Of a DNA stretch of 64,000 nt, positions 42,410 through 50,749 are shown one piece after another. The notes under the pieces are model-generated. The model did not search any database, had not been told where the DNA came from, and saw only the letters and a list, made by a program, of their open reading frames with translations. The translations under genes and the position numbers were made by a program. Source of the stretch: Bacilli bacterium (lineage in GTDB: Bacteria > Bacillota_I > Bacilli_A > ML615J-28 > CAG-698). Positions within the stretch are counted from its first letter, which is position 1; the number at the start of each line of letters is the position of its first letter. The DNA is taken from assembly GCA_017450215.1 (NCBI GenBank), contig JAFSVH010000087.1:48287-112286 (forward strand), read 5' to 3'.

Positions 42410-42440
42410 GGTATATTAAAAAAGATGAAATGGTGGATGT

Positions 42441-43976
42441 ATGAGCAGCAAGGAATTAAAAGATATTGAAAGAAGCTTGATAAAGAAATTTAGAGGAGAA
42501 ATTTGGGCTAAGTTTGTTCAAGCAGTTGATGATTATAAGTTAATTAATGAAGGTGACAAGGTTGCTGTTTGTATGTCTGGTGGTAAAGATTCATTCTTAA
42601 TGGCTAAACTTTTTCAAGAATTGAAAAAGCATTGGCTTGTAAAATTTGATCTTGTTTTTTTGTGCATGAATCCTGGCTATAATGAAGTTAATAAAAGTAA
42701 AATTATTGAAAATGCCAATTACTTAGATATCCCACTTGAAATGTTTGAAACATCAATATTTGATAGTGTTAATAACATTGAAGATTCACCTTGTTATATT
42801 TGTGCAAGAATGAGAAGAGGATATTTATATCGTGAAGCCAAGAAGAGAGGATGCAATAAAATTGCATTAGGTCATCATTTTGATGATGTAATTGAAACTA
42901 CTTTAATGAGTATGCTTTATGGTAGTCAAGTTCAGACTATGGTACCAAAGATTATTAGTTCTAATGTAAGTGGAATGGAATTAATTAGACCAATGATAAA
43001 AATCAAAGAAGAAGATATCATTAGATGGTCTAATTATAATGGACTTGAATTTATTAATTGTGCTTGCAAGATGACTGAGAAAAAGCTTGATGAAGATAAA
43101 GATCAAGGTAAAAGAAAAGAAATCAAGAATTTGATTAAAAAATTAAAAGAAGTATATCCTATTGTTGATATTAATATTTTTAAATCAATGGAAAATGTTA
43201 ATTTAAATATGGTATTAGGATATAAAGATGATAATACGAAATATAATTTTTTAGATATTTATAATGCAAATAAAAACATTAGTGATTATAATTATAATGA
43301 TGCTTTATCTAGACAAATCGCTTTAATTGGCTTAGAAAAGCAAGAAAAGATTAAAAATAGTAAAGTCTTAATTTTTGGTCTTGGTGGTGTTGGTAGTTAT
43401 GCTTTAGAAGCAATAGTAAGAAGTGGTGTTGGTGAAGTTGGGATTGTTGACAACGATTGTTTAAGTGTTAGCAATCTTAATAGACAATTAATTGCTACAC
43501 TTCCTAATATTGGCAAGAAAAAGATTGATGTTTGTGAAGATAGAATTAAATCAATTAATCCAAACTGCATTGTGAAAAAATGGGATAATTTTGTATTAAA
43601 TAATAGTAATGAAATCTTTGACTTTAAATATTATGATTATGTCATTGATTGTATAGATACTGTTTCAGGGAAAATTGATATTATTACTTCGTGCACTAAT
43701 TTAGGTGTTAAAGTTATATCATCAATGGGAACAGCAAGAAAAATGGATCCTACAAAATTAGAAATAACTGATATTTATAAGACTCAAAATTGCCCTCTTG
43801 CTAAGGTTATGAGACATGAACTAAAGAAAAGAGGAGTTAAAGAATTAAAGGTAGTTTATTCAAAAGAAGATCCAATCATTAACGAAGATACTCAAGTATT
43901 GGGTAGTGTAAGCTTTGTACCAAGTGTTGCAGGGTTATATATAGCAAGTTATGTTATAAATGATATTGTGAAGTAA
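42441..43976 (+). CDS. Fusion protein: N-terminal TtcA-family PP-loop tRNA thiolase domain + C-terminal ThiF/TcdA-type E1-like domain (tRNA threonylcarbamoyladenosine dehydratase-like)
   Basis: N-terminal 'CMSGGKDS' PP-loop with Fe-S cysteines 'CYIC' and 'CAC'. C-terminal 'KVLIFGLGGVGSYALEAIVRSGVGEVGIVDNDCLSVSNLNRQ' Rossmann E1 motif without a rhodanese domain (TcdA/CsdL-like). Total 511 aa. Confidence 0.7.
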   Translation: MSSKELKDIERSLIKKFRGEIWAKFVQAVDDYKLINEGDKVAVCMSGGKDSFLMAKLFQELKKHWLVKFDLVFLCMNPGYNEVNKSKIIENANYLDIPLEMFETSIFDSVNNIEDSPCYICARMRRGYLYREAKKRGCNKIALGHHFDDVIETTLMSMLYGSQVQTMVPKIISSNVSGMELIRPMIKIKEEDIIRWSNYNGLEFINCACKMTEKKLDEDKDQGKRKEIKNLIKKLKEVYPIVDINIFKSMENVNLNMVLGYKDDNTKYNFLDIYNANKNISDYNYNDALSRQIALIGLEKQEKIKNSKVLIFGLGGVGSYALEAIVRSGVGEVGIVDNDCLSVSNLNRQLIATLPNIGKKKIDVCEDRIKSINPNCIVKKWDNFVLNNSNEIFDFKYYDYVIDCIDTVSGKIDIITSCTNLGVKVISSMGTARKMDPTKLEITDIYKTQNCPLAKVMRHELKKRGVKELKVVYSKEDPIINEDTQVLGSVSFVPSVAGLYIASYVINDIVK

Positions 43977-43986
43977 AGGAAGAAAA

Positions 43987-44526
43987 ATGATTAATTTAGT
44001 ATTATTTGAACCTGAGATTCCTCAAAATACAGGTAATATTATGAGAACATGTGTAGGTACTAATACACATCTACATTTAATTGAACCACTAGGATTTAGA
44101 CTTGATGAACATCATATTAAGAGAAGTGGTGTTAATTATATTAAGTATTTAAAATATGATGTCTATATGGATTTTGATGATTTCATTGAAAAAAGAATTA
44201 AAAGTAATCCTAATGCGAGAATGTTCTTTTTAACAAGATATGGTAGACATCATCTTCATGAAGTTGATTGTCATAATAAAGATTTAGATTATTATTTTAT
44301 TTTAGGAAAAGAATCTACTGGAATACCTAAAGACATATTGAAAGATTATTTAGATACTTGCATTAGACTTCCTATGACAGATAAAGTAAGAGCACTGAAT
44401 GTAAGTAATGTTGCTGCTATAATGGTATATGAAGCATTAAGGCAACAAGGCTTCCCAGGTTTATATGAATATGAACCTAGTGCTGATAAAGAAGGCTTTA
44501 AAGGTGAAGATTACCTTGAAAGATAA
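43987..44526 (+). CDS. trmL: tRNA (cytidine/uridine-2'-O)-methyltransferase TrmL (SpoU/TrmH family)
   Basis: 'INLVLFEPEIPQNTGNIMRTC' N-terminus. SPOUT fold size 179 aa. 'LGKESTGIP' motif. Confidence 0.7.
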   Translation: MINLVLFEPEIPQNTGNIMRTCVGTNTHLHLIEPLGFRLDEHHIKRSGVNYIKYLKYDVYMDFDDFIEKRIKSNPNARMFFLTRYGRHHLHEVDCHNKDLDYYFILGKESTGIPKDILKDYLDTCIRLPMTDKVRALNVSNVAAIMVYEALRQQGFPGLYEYEPSADKEGFKGEDYLER

Positions 44527-44603
44527 GTCCTAGTAGCTCAGTTGGATAGAGCGATAGCCTCCTAAGCTGTAGGTCGGGGGTTCAATTCCCTTCTAGGACG
44601 CCA
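44527..44603 (+). tRNA. tRNA-Arg (anticodon CCT), CCA encoded
   Basis: Cloverleaf readable. Acceptor GTCCTAG/CTAGGAC. D-arm GCTC/GAGC. Anticodon stem ATAGC/GCTGT with loop CTCCTAA. T-loop TTCAATT. 3' GCCA. Confidence 0.85.
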
Positions 44604-44657
44604 TATTAGTTGTACTATATTGATACCAAGAAAAATATCAATATTTGTAATAAAATT

Positions 44658-44688
44658 GGGTAAAATCGGTGTATTTTGCCCTTTTTTT
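44658..44688 (+). terminator. Rho-independent terminator after the tRNA (GGGTAAAAT cggtgt ATTTTGCCC + TTTTTTT)
   Basis: 9-bp stem (one G-U) plus a 7-T run. Confidence 0.6.
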
Positions 44689-44753
44689 ATGCTTTTATAG
44701 TAAAAATGATGAGAAATATAGGATAAAAATCTTAAAAAAAGTTGATCATCAAT

Positions 44754-44832
44754 AAATTTTTACACGATTACAATTGATTTTACACGTTTTACACGATTTG
44801 AAGACAATTTTACACGATTTTACACGATTTAA
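44754..44832 (+). repeat. Iteron-like direct repeats, family A: five copies of (TTT)TACACGATT(T) at about 10/20-bp phasing
   Basis: Copies start at 44761, 44781, 44790, 44811, 44821. Confidence 0.7.
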
Positions 44833-44837
44833 AAAAG

Positions 44838-44925
44838 AACCTTTTAGAGGTTCGTGAACGATTTGGGGGGTTCGTAAACGATTTGAGGGTTCGTGAACGA
44901 TTAGGGGGTTCGTGAACGATTTCAG
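44838..44925 (+). repeat. Iteron-like direct repeats, family B: four copies of GGGG(G)TTCGTGAACGATTT at 19-20 bp spacing, preceded by the palindrome GAACCTTTTAGAGGTTC
   Basis: Copies start at 44851, 44871, 44890, 44909. Each core has a mini-palindrome TCGT-GA-ACGA. Family A and family B share the ACGATT core. Confidence 0.7.
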
Positions 44926-45557
44926 ATTTTCATGCATTTTTTATCATTTACTAGTCTAAAAAATGTTCCTCTAGATACTCCTATTATTTTAGCAGCTTCT
45001 ATGTTGGTAAGTTGATGATTTATATATTGGGTTAGAATCTCATCGGTGTTAGGTGGGGTGACCGCTCTAGGTCTTCCAAACTTAACACCTTTTTCTTTTG
45101 CTATTCTTATTCCTTCCATCTGTCTTTCTCTTATGTTGTTCCTCTCATTCTCCGCAACAAAGCTTAATACTTGTAAAACAATATCACTTATAAACTTACC
45201 GACTAGATTCTTGCCTTCTATTCTAGTATCCAAAAGGGGCATATCTAATACTTTAATATCAGCACCTATTGTTTTTGTGATTCTTGTCCATTCTTCTAAT
45301 ATCATATGATAATTTCTACCTAAACGATCTATTGACTTAATAATCAGTAGGTCGTCTTTTTTTATTTTCTTTATTAATCTTTGGTAATTAGTTCTATTAA
45401 AGTCTTTCCCTGATTCTTTGTCTATATAAATGTACTTGTCTTCAATATTAAGAGTTTTAATCTCTTCATATTGCCTGTCTATTTTTTGTTGTTTCGTGGA
45501 AACACGTATGTATGCATATATCATTGAATTAATACCTCCGCTCTCATATATAGCCAT
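44922..45557 (-). CDS. Small serine recombinase (resolvase/invertase family) with C-terminal HTH
   Basis: N-terminal 'YAYIRVSTKQQ' catalytic-Ser motif, 'DRLGRN' motif, C-terminal 'AAKIIGVSRGTFFRL' HTH. 211 aa. Confidence 0.85.
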   Translation of the reverse strand: MAIYESGGINSMIYAYIRVSTKQQKIDRQYEEIKTLNIEDKYIYIDKESGKDFNRTNYQRLIKKIKKDDLLIIKSIDRLGRNYHMILEEWTRITKTIGADIKVLDMPLLDTRIEGKNLVGKFISDIVLQVLSFVAENERNNIRERQMEGIRIAKEKGVKFGRPRAVTPPNTDEILTQYINHQLTNIEAAKIIGVSRGTFFRLVNDKKCMKI

Positions 45558-45800
45558 AAAAGAAAAAATTATTCAAGCAAAACAGGTATAAAAAAAGAAG
45601 CATCAAAGAAGATATAAAAATGTATACCTTTTGATACTTCGTTATTTCTTTTATTATACCATGATTTTTATGAAAATTCCACGAAAAAATTGAATAATAA
45701 GCTAATTTTGAAATTTTTTGATATAACTTCAATCATTCTAATTAACCATACAATTTTAGACTAACAAGATTGTGTAATCTTAAAAAGAGGTAATTAGAAC

Positions 45801-46751
45801 ATGGATTTTATTAGATCACCATTAAATTATACTGGAAATAAATTTAGGATTTTAGATCAAATAGTTCCTTTATTTCCAAAAAAAATATCATGTATGATTG
45901 ATCTGTTCTGTGGTGGAGCTACTGTAGGATTGAATGTAAAAGCGAATAAAATAATTTTTGTTGATTCAAATGAGCATATCATCAATTTGTTGGTCTATTT
46001 ATCAAAGCATTCTTTCGAATCAGTACTTTGTTCTTTTGAAAACATTATTAATAAATATAATCTTTCTTATTCATATAAGTACGGATATAAAAAATATAGA
46101 GATTATTCAAAAAATAAAAATGATAATAATGGATTAAAAGAATACAATAATAAAGGCTTTTACCTGCTTCGTGATGACTATAATTCTTTGATAGATAAGA
46201 ATACAGATGAAGCCAATGCTATGCTTTATATATTAATGGTATATGCATTTAATAATGATATACGATTTAATTCGGATGGTGATTTTAATCTTCCAGTTGG
46301 AAAAACGGATTTAAATCGAATGAATGTAAATAAAATACGACAATATATAGATAGAATTAAAAGTATTAATGCAGAGTTTGTTTGTACTGACTTTACAAGT
46401 GATGATTTTCAATTATTGGTCAAAAAAGCTGACTTCATATATATGGATCCACCATATTTATTGGGTGATGCTGTATACAATTCTTGTTGGAACAATGAAA
46501 TGGAGCATAAATTATTAGATTTCATTGATTATATTAGAAATGAAAAAATTGATTTTGCCTTATCAAATGTTATGACAAAAATTGGAAAAACAAACGAGCC
46601 ACTTTCCTATTGGGTTTATAAAAATAAAGATTATTTAAAAGTAAATCACATTAAATATAATTATCGCAGCTCAAGTTATAACAAAATAATGCGCGATGCA
46701 AAAGAAGATGAAGTACTCATTTGTAATAAGAGGTATCGCCATGAAAATTAA
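45801..46751 (+). CDS. Dam-like (D12 class, alpha group) N6-adenine DNA methyltransferase 1
   Basis: 'YTGNKFRIL' N-terminus, motif I 'DLFCGGATVG', motif IV 'IYMDPPYL'. RBS AAGAGG. Confidence 0.8.
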   Translation: MDFIRSPLNYTGNKFRILDQIVPLFPKKISCMIDLFCGGATVGLNVKANKIIFVDSNEHIINLLVYLSKHSFESVLCSFENIINKYNLSYSYKYGYKKYRDYSKNKNDNNGLKEYNNKGFYLLRDDYNSLIDKNTDEANAMLYILMVYAFNNDIRFNSDGDFNLPVGKTDLNRMNVNKIRQYIDRIKSINAEFVCTDFTSDDFQLLVKKADFIYMDPPYLLGDAVYNSCWNNEMEHKLLDFIDYIRNEKIDFALSNVMTKIGKTNEPLSYWVYKNKDYLKVNHIKYNYRSSSYNKIMRDAKEDEVLICNKRYRHEN

Positions 46752-47751
46752 TAATAGACGATACATAGGATGTAAAACGAAATTATTAGACTTCATTTAT
46801 GATTCAGTTGAAAGATACAACATTTCTAAAGACTCGGTATTTGCTGATATTTTTGCAGGAACGGGAGTTGTAGCTTATAGATTTGCTTTAGAAGGATATA
46901 AAACAATTTTAAATGATACTTTATTTTCAAATTATGTGATTTATAAAACTATTTTTAATAATGAAATAATGAGAATAGATTTGTTGAAAAACGAAATAAA
47001 TTATTTTAATTCAATAGATAGTGATTCATTAAAAGCAAATTATTTTTCAAACACTTATGGTGGAAAATACTATTCTTTTGATAATGCCAAAAAAATAGGA
47101 TTTATAAGAGATTACATTGAAGAAAACAAACAAAAGTATAATGAAAGGGAATATTACTATTTAATTACCTGTTTATTATATGCATGCGATAAAATTGCAA
47201 ATACAGTTGGACATTTTGAATCATATCTACATAGTGCTCCTAAAGGAGAAAAACTTATGTTAGAAGAGTTTGAGATGAATAGCAATCTTCCTGAATCTTA
47301 TATATATAACGAAGATGCTAATAATCTTGCAAAAAAAATAAATGCAGATATTGTATATATTGATCCTCCTTACAATGCTAGACAATATGTGAATTTTTAT
47401 CATGTTTTAGAAAATTTAGCAAGGTGGAATAAGCCGACTGAATTTGAAGGAAAATCAATGAAATTTAAACGAGACAATCTTAAAAGTGATTATTGTAGAA
47501 GTAAAGCACCTTTATTGTTTGAGGATTTAATTCAATCACTAAAATGTAAATTAATTGTTGTCTCATATAATAATACATACAATGCAAAAAGTGTATCCTC
47601 TAATAATACAATTAGTGAAGATCAAATAATTGAAATATTAAGTAAAAAAGGAAATGTAACTATTAAGACAATTGATTATAGTGCATTTAATGCTGGCAAA
47701 ACAGATTTAAAAAATCACAAAGAATATTTGTATATATGTGAGGTATTTTAA
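46741..47751 (+). CDS. Dam-like (D12 class) N6-adenine DNA methyltransferase 2. Start chosen at ATG 46741 (RBS AAGAGG) rather than the ORF-track start 46696.
   Basis: 'RYIGCKTKLL' Dam N-terminal signature, motif I 'DIFAGTGVVA', motif IV 'VYIDPPYNA'. Overlaps MTase 1 by 11 nt. Confidence 0.8.
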   Translation: MKINNRRYIGCKTKLLDFIYDSVERYNISKDSVFADIFAGTGVVAYRFALEGYKTILNDTLFSNYVIYKTIFNNEIMRIDLLKNEINYFNSIDSDSLKANYFSNTYGGKYYSFDNAKKIGFIRDYIEENKQKYNEREYYYLITCLLYACDKIANTVGHFESYLHSAPKGEKLMLEEFEMNSNLPESYIYNEDANNLAKKINADIVYIDPPYNARQYVNFYHVLENLARWNKPTEFEGKSMKFKRDNLKSDYCRSKAPLLFEDLIQSLKCKLIVVSYNNTYNAKSVSSNNTISEDQIIEILSKKGNVTIKTIDYSAFNAGKTDLKNHKEYLYICEVF

Positions 47752-48668
47752 TGACAATACTTGAATACTATATTAAACAACAATCCATTGATATTTGGTA
47801 TGAAAAGTTCATTAGTAGTTCAAATAAACAAAGTGGAAAATCATTTAGTTATGTTAATACTAACTATAGAAATTTACTTTCATTTTTAATTCAATTTGAT
47901 CGATTTAGATCAAAAGTAGGAATTGAACGAAAAGATTGGAATGACAAATTGCCTGGTGGACAAGAATTAGACAAACATAGAATATCTAATTTGATTTTGT
48001 CGGGATTTATTCGAAAGGAAGACACTTATTATTACTATACACCAAAAGGTGTTGCTGCTTTGGATTTAATAGATAAAAACTATGGTGATTCCATAAAATG
48101 GATATTATTATACTTACTTCTTTTAGATTATAAAAGTGAAAATAGAAACTGCGATATTATTCACACTACAAAAGATCTTTTTTCAAAGTTACAATCAATT
48201 GGTTATACAAATGAATGTATATTAAATAGTCTAAGAAAAATAATAAAAGTAACTGATAAAATAAAACTTTTTAACGAAGATATATTTTGGTTGATCTCGT
48301 TTGTTAATGATGAAGATTTTATTAAAATGTATAAGAATAGTAGCGAACAAGAAAAAAACGATTTGAAAGAATTTGTAATTAATCGTTCAAAAGACGAACA
48401 TAGTACTGATTTGATAGCACACAAATACACACCTGGTGGAATTTATAGTGGAATAATGTTTAGGGAAGATGTTAAGGTATTTTATTATACATATAAAATA
48501 ATTGGAATACTTTCAGAGCCATTTGATTCATTTATTAATGAAATAATAAAAGTATATTGTGAAGATTTTTGTTCAGAAAATGACGCTGATATAATAAAAG
48601 AATTCATTAGCAGTCATAAAAGTATTTATATTAAAGTTAAACAAGAATTATTAATGGGGGTAAAGTAA
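47751..48668 (+). CDS. Hypothetical 305-aa protein, translationally coupled between the MTases and the GmrSD-like gene; candidate restriction endonuclease or specificity partner
   Basis: Start ATG overlaps the MTase 2 stop (TAATG). No recognised motif. A loose D...(D/E)xK candidate sits at 'TDLIAHK...FREDVK'. Position after paired MTases is where Type II REase genes sit. Confidence 0.3.
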   Translation: MTILEYYIKQQSIDIWYEKFISSSNKQSGKSFSYVNTNYRNLLSFLIQFDRFRSKVGIERKDWNDKLPGGQELDKHRISNLILSGFIRKEDTYYYYTPKGVAALDLIDKNYGDSIKWILLYLLLLDYKSENRNCDIIHTTKDLFSKLQSIGYTNECILNSLRKIIKVTDKIKLFNEDIFWLISFVNDEDFIKMYKNSSEQEKNDLKEFVINRSKDEHSTDLIAHKYTPGGIYSGIMFREDVKVFYYTYKIIGILSEPFDSFINEIIKVYCEDFCSENDADIIKEFISSHKSIYIKVKQELLMGVK

Positions 48669-48669
48669 A

Positions 48670-50742
48670 ATGCCAAATGTAAGACCTGATAGATTTGAAT
48701 TATTAAGATTTTTTAAATATGCTCCAAATACCCAATTTGTAATCCCTGTATATCAAAGAAATTATATATGGACTGCCAAAAAACAAGTAAGAAAATACTT
48801 AGATGATTATAAAGCTGTATTAAGTGGTGAGCGTGTAAAACATTTTATTGGTATTATAATGTACTTACAAATACAAAGAAGCATTGGATTTTTTGAATTT
48901 TCTGTAGTTGATGGTCAGCAGAGATTTGTAACCACATTTTTGATGCTATATGCTTTAAAGAAAATTGCTATGGAAGCTGGTAATCTTACTTTCGCGACTC
49001 AAATTAATGATTTATATTTAACAAATCAATATGCGAAAAATTATAATGATAAACTAAAATTAAAACCATTGGTATCTGATGATGATGTATTCAGCAAAAT
49101 AATAAAAGATGATCTACAGAATTTAACAAAAGAAGAAAAAAAGTCGAATGTTTATATTAATTATATTACTGTAAAAAAATATTTAAAAGAACTATATGGA
49201 CATTTTCAACTAGAACAAATGTTAGAAGCTTTTGATAAGTTTTATTTTGTTGCAATTCCATTAGATAGTAGTGAAGATGATGCTCAAAAGATTTTTGAAA
49301 CCATAAATTCTGCTGGTGCTGCATTGACAAAATCAGACTTAATTCGAAATTATATTTTGATGAATATGCAGAGCTATGAGCAAGATAGATTATACAAGGA
49401 ATATTGGTATCCTATGGAAAAATCTTTTGCTAGTTCTGGAAAAATAGAAAATTTCTTTAGAATGTTTTTGGCTAATAGAAATTACAATCTAAGTAATATG
49501 GAAGACATTTATGATGTTTTTCAAATTTGGTTTGATAAAAACAGATCAAATTATGGAATAGAACAGTCTTTAAAAACAATTTGTAAATATGCAAAATATT
49601 ATAATGATTTATTTATTAAAGAAAAGGTTGAAATTGCTCCAGAAATAGATGTTGCTTTAAAAGAATTCAAAAAAAATGCAATAGAACCTACTGCTCCTTT
49701 GTTAATGGAAATTTATAATCTATACGATAGTAAAGATGATAAGAACGACCGCCTTGTTTCAGCTATGGAATTTGCAAAGATTATTAATTTATTTAATATT
49801 TATAATGTTAGAAGAAATATTTGCAATCAAAGAACTGGTATATTAACTCGTATAGTTCCATTAATGTTGAAGTATGTTCTTGATAATTGCGATGGTGTCT
49901 ATTCAAAGATTTATGAACATTGTGTTCGTTATCTAGTAGACAATTCAAAAGGCAAGCAATCATTTATGCCAGATGATGAATATTTGAAATTAAATTTATC
50001 TGGTGCTAATGCTTATAGTTTGAGAAATTATGTAAAAACTATATTTGAAAAGATAGAGTCATATAATAATCCTGCAGTAATTGATTTTTCAAATTTAAGT
50101 ATAGAACACTTAATGCCACAGACTCCAACGGATGAGTGGCTTAAAACTTTGAATATAAAAAAGGAAGACTACGAATTTAATGTTCATAGACTTGGTAATT
50201 TAACTCTTGCTACGTCAGTAGATAATAGTAAAATGTCAAATAATCCATTTGAATATAAAAAGCAAGTTCTTCAAAATACATCTCATTTAAAAATGAATAT
50301 GGAGATAATTAACAAACCAACGTGGGGAATAAAAGAAATAGAGGAAAGAACTGCATATTTAATTCAAAAAATATGCGATTTATATCCATATGTTTCAGTT
50401 GGAGAGCAAACTGTTAATCATTATAATGTTTATTTAAAGAATGATAATTCTGACATATCTGCATTTTTGTTTTCGGATGAAACAATTGAAATTCAAGAGG
50501 GTAGCATAATAAAATGCTCATATAATAATTTCATTAGGGACTTGGTTGAAGATGGAATAATAAAGGAATCGGGAGAAAAATACGAATTTTTGCAACCATA
50601 TTCATTTAGTAATATTGAAGAAGCAACAAATACAATGGCACCCGATATTACAAATTGCTGGGAATCATGGGTAGACTATAATAAACAACCATTAAGTCTT
50701 GAATTAAGAGCAAAGTTGCTAAATTCTAAAGCAAAAAAATAG
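48670..50742 (+). CDS. GmrSD-family Type IV restriction-endonuclease-like protein (N-terminal DUF262 ParB-like NTPase/nickase + C-terminal DUF1524 His-Me finger nuclease)
   Basis: DUF262 'VVDGQQRF' (DGQQR) motif. C-terminal 'IEHLMPQTP...HRLGNLTLATSVDNSKMSNNPF' HNH-like DUF1524 motif. 690 aa. Starts 1 nt after the previous stop. Confidence 0.75.
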   Translation: MPNVRPDRFELLRFFKYAPNTQFVIPVYQRNYIWTAKKQVRKYLDDYKAVLSGERVKHFIGIIMYLQIQRSIGFFEFSVVDGQQRFVTTFLMLYALKKIAMEAGNLTFATQINDLYLTNQYAKNYNDKLKLKPLVSDDDVFSKIIKDDLQNLTKEEKKSNVYINYITVKKYLKELYGHFQLEQMLEAFDKFYFVAIPLDSSEDDAQKIFETINSAGAALTKSDLIRNYILMNMQSYEQDRLYKEYWYPMEKSFASSGKIENFFRMFLANRNYNLSNMEDIYDVFQIWFDKNRSNYGIEQSLKTICKYAKYYNDLFIKEKVEIAPEIDVALKEFKKNAIEPTAPLLMEIYNLYDSKDDKNDRLVSAMEFAKIINLFNIYNVRRNICNQRTGILTRIVPLMLKYVLDNCDGVYSKIYEHCVRYLVDNSKGKQSFMPDDEYLKLNLSGANAYSLRNYVKTIFEKIESYNNPAVIDFSNLSIEHLMPQTPTDEWLKTLNIKKEDYEFNVHRLGNLTLATSVDNSKMSNNPFEYKKQVLQNTSHLKMNMEIINKPTWGIKEIEERTAYLIQKICDLYPYVSVGEQTVNHYNVYLKNDNSDISAFLFSDETIEIQEGSIIKCSYNNFIRDLVEDGIIKESGEKYEFLQPYSFSNIEEATNTMAPDITNCWESWVDYNKQPLSLELRAKLLNSKAKK

Positions 50743-50749
50743 AGGACTA

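Noticed and set aside
44754-44925. Possible CRISPR array
   Set aside because: Repeat units are only 12-19 bp with 0-8 bp between them. There are no unique spacers of uniform length and no cas genes. It is an iteron-type direct-repeat array.
44749-44937. 62-aa minus-strand ORF 'MHENLKSFTNPLIVHEPSNRLRTPQIVHEP...'
   Set aside because: It lies entirely over the iteron array. Its repetitive peptide (IVHEP repeats) is just the translation of the DNA repeats; it is not a gene.
46696-46740. ORF-track start of the second MTase at 46696 ('MQKKMKYSFVIRGIA')
   Set aside because: That segment is the 3' end of MTase 1 read in another frame. ATG 46741 has a proper RBS (AAGAGG) and begins with the Dam-like 'KINNRRYIGCKTKLL' N-terminus.
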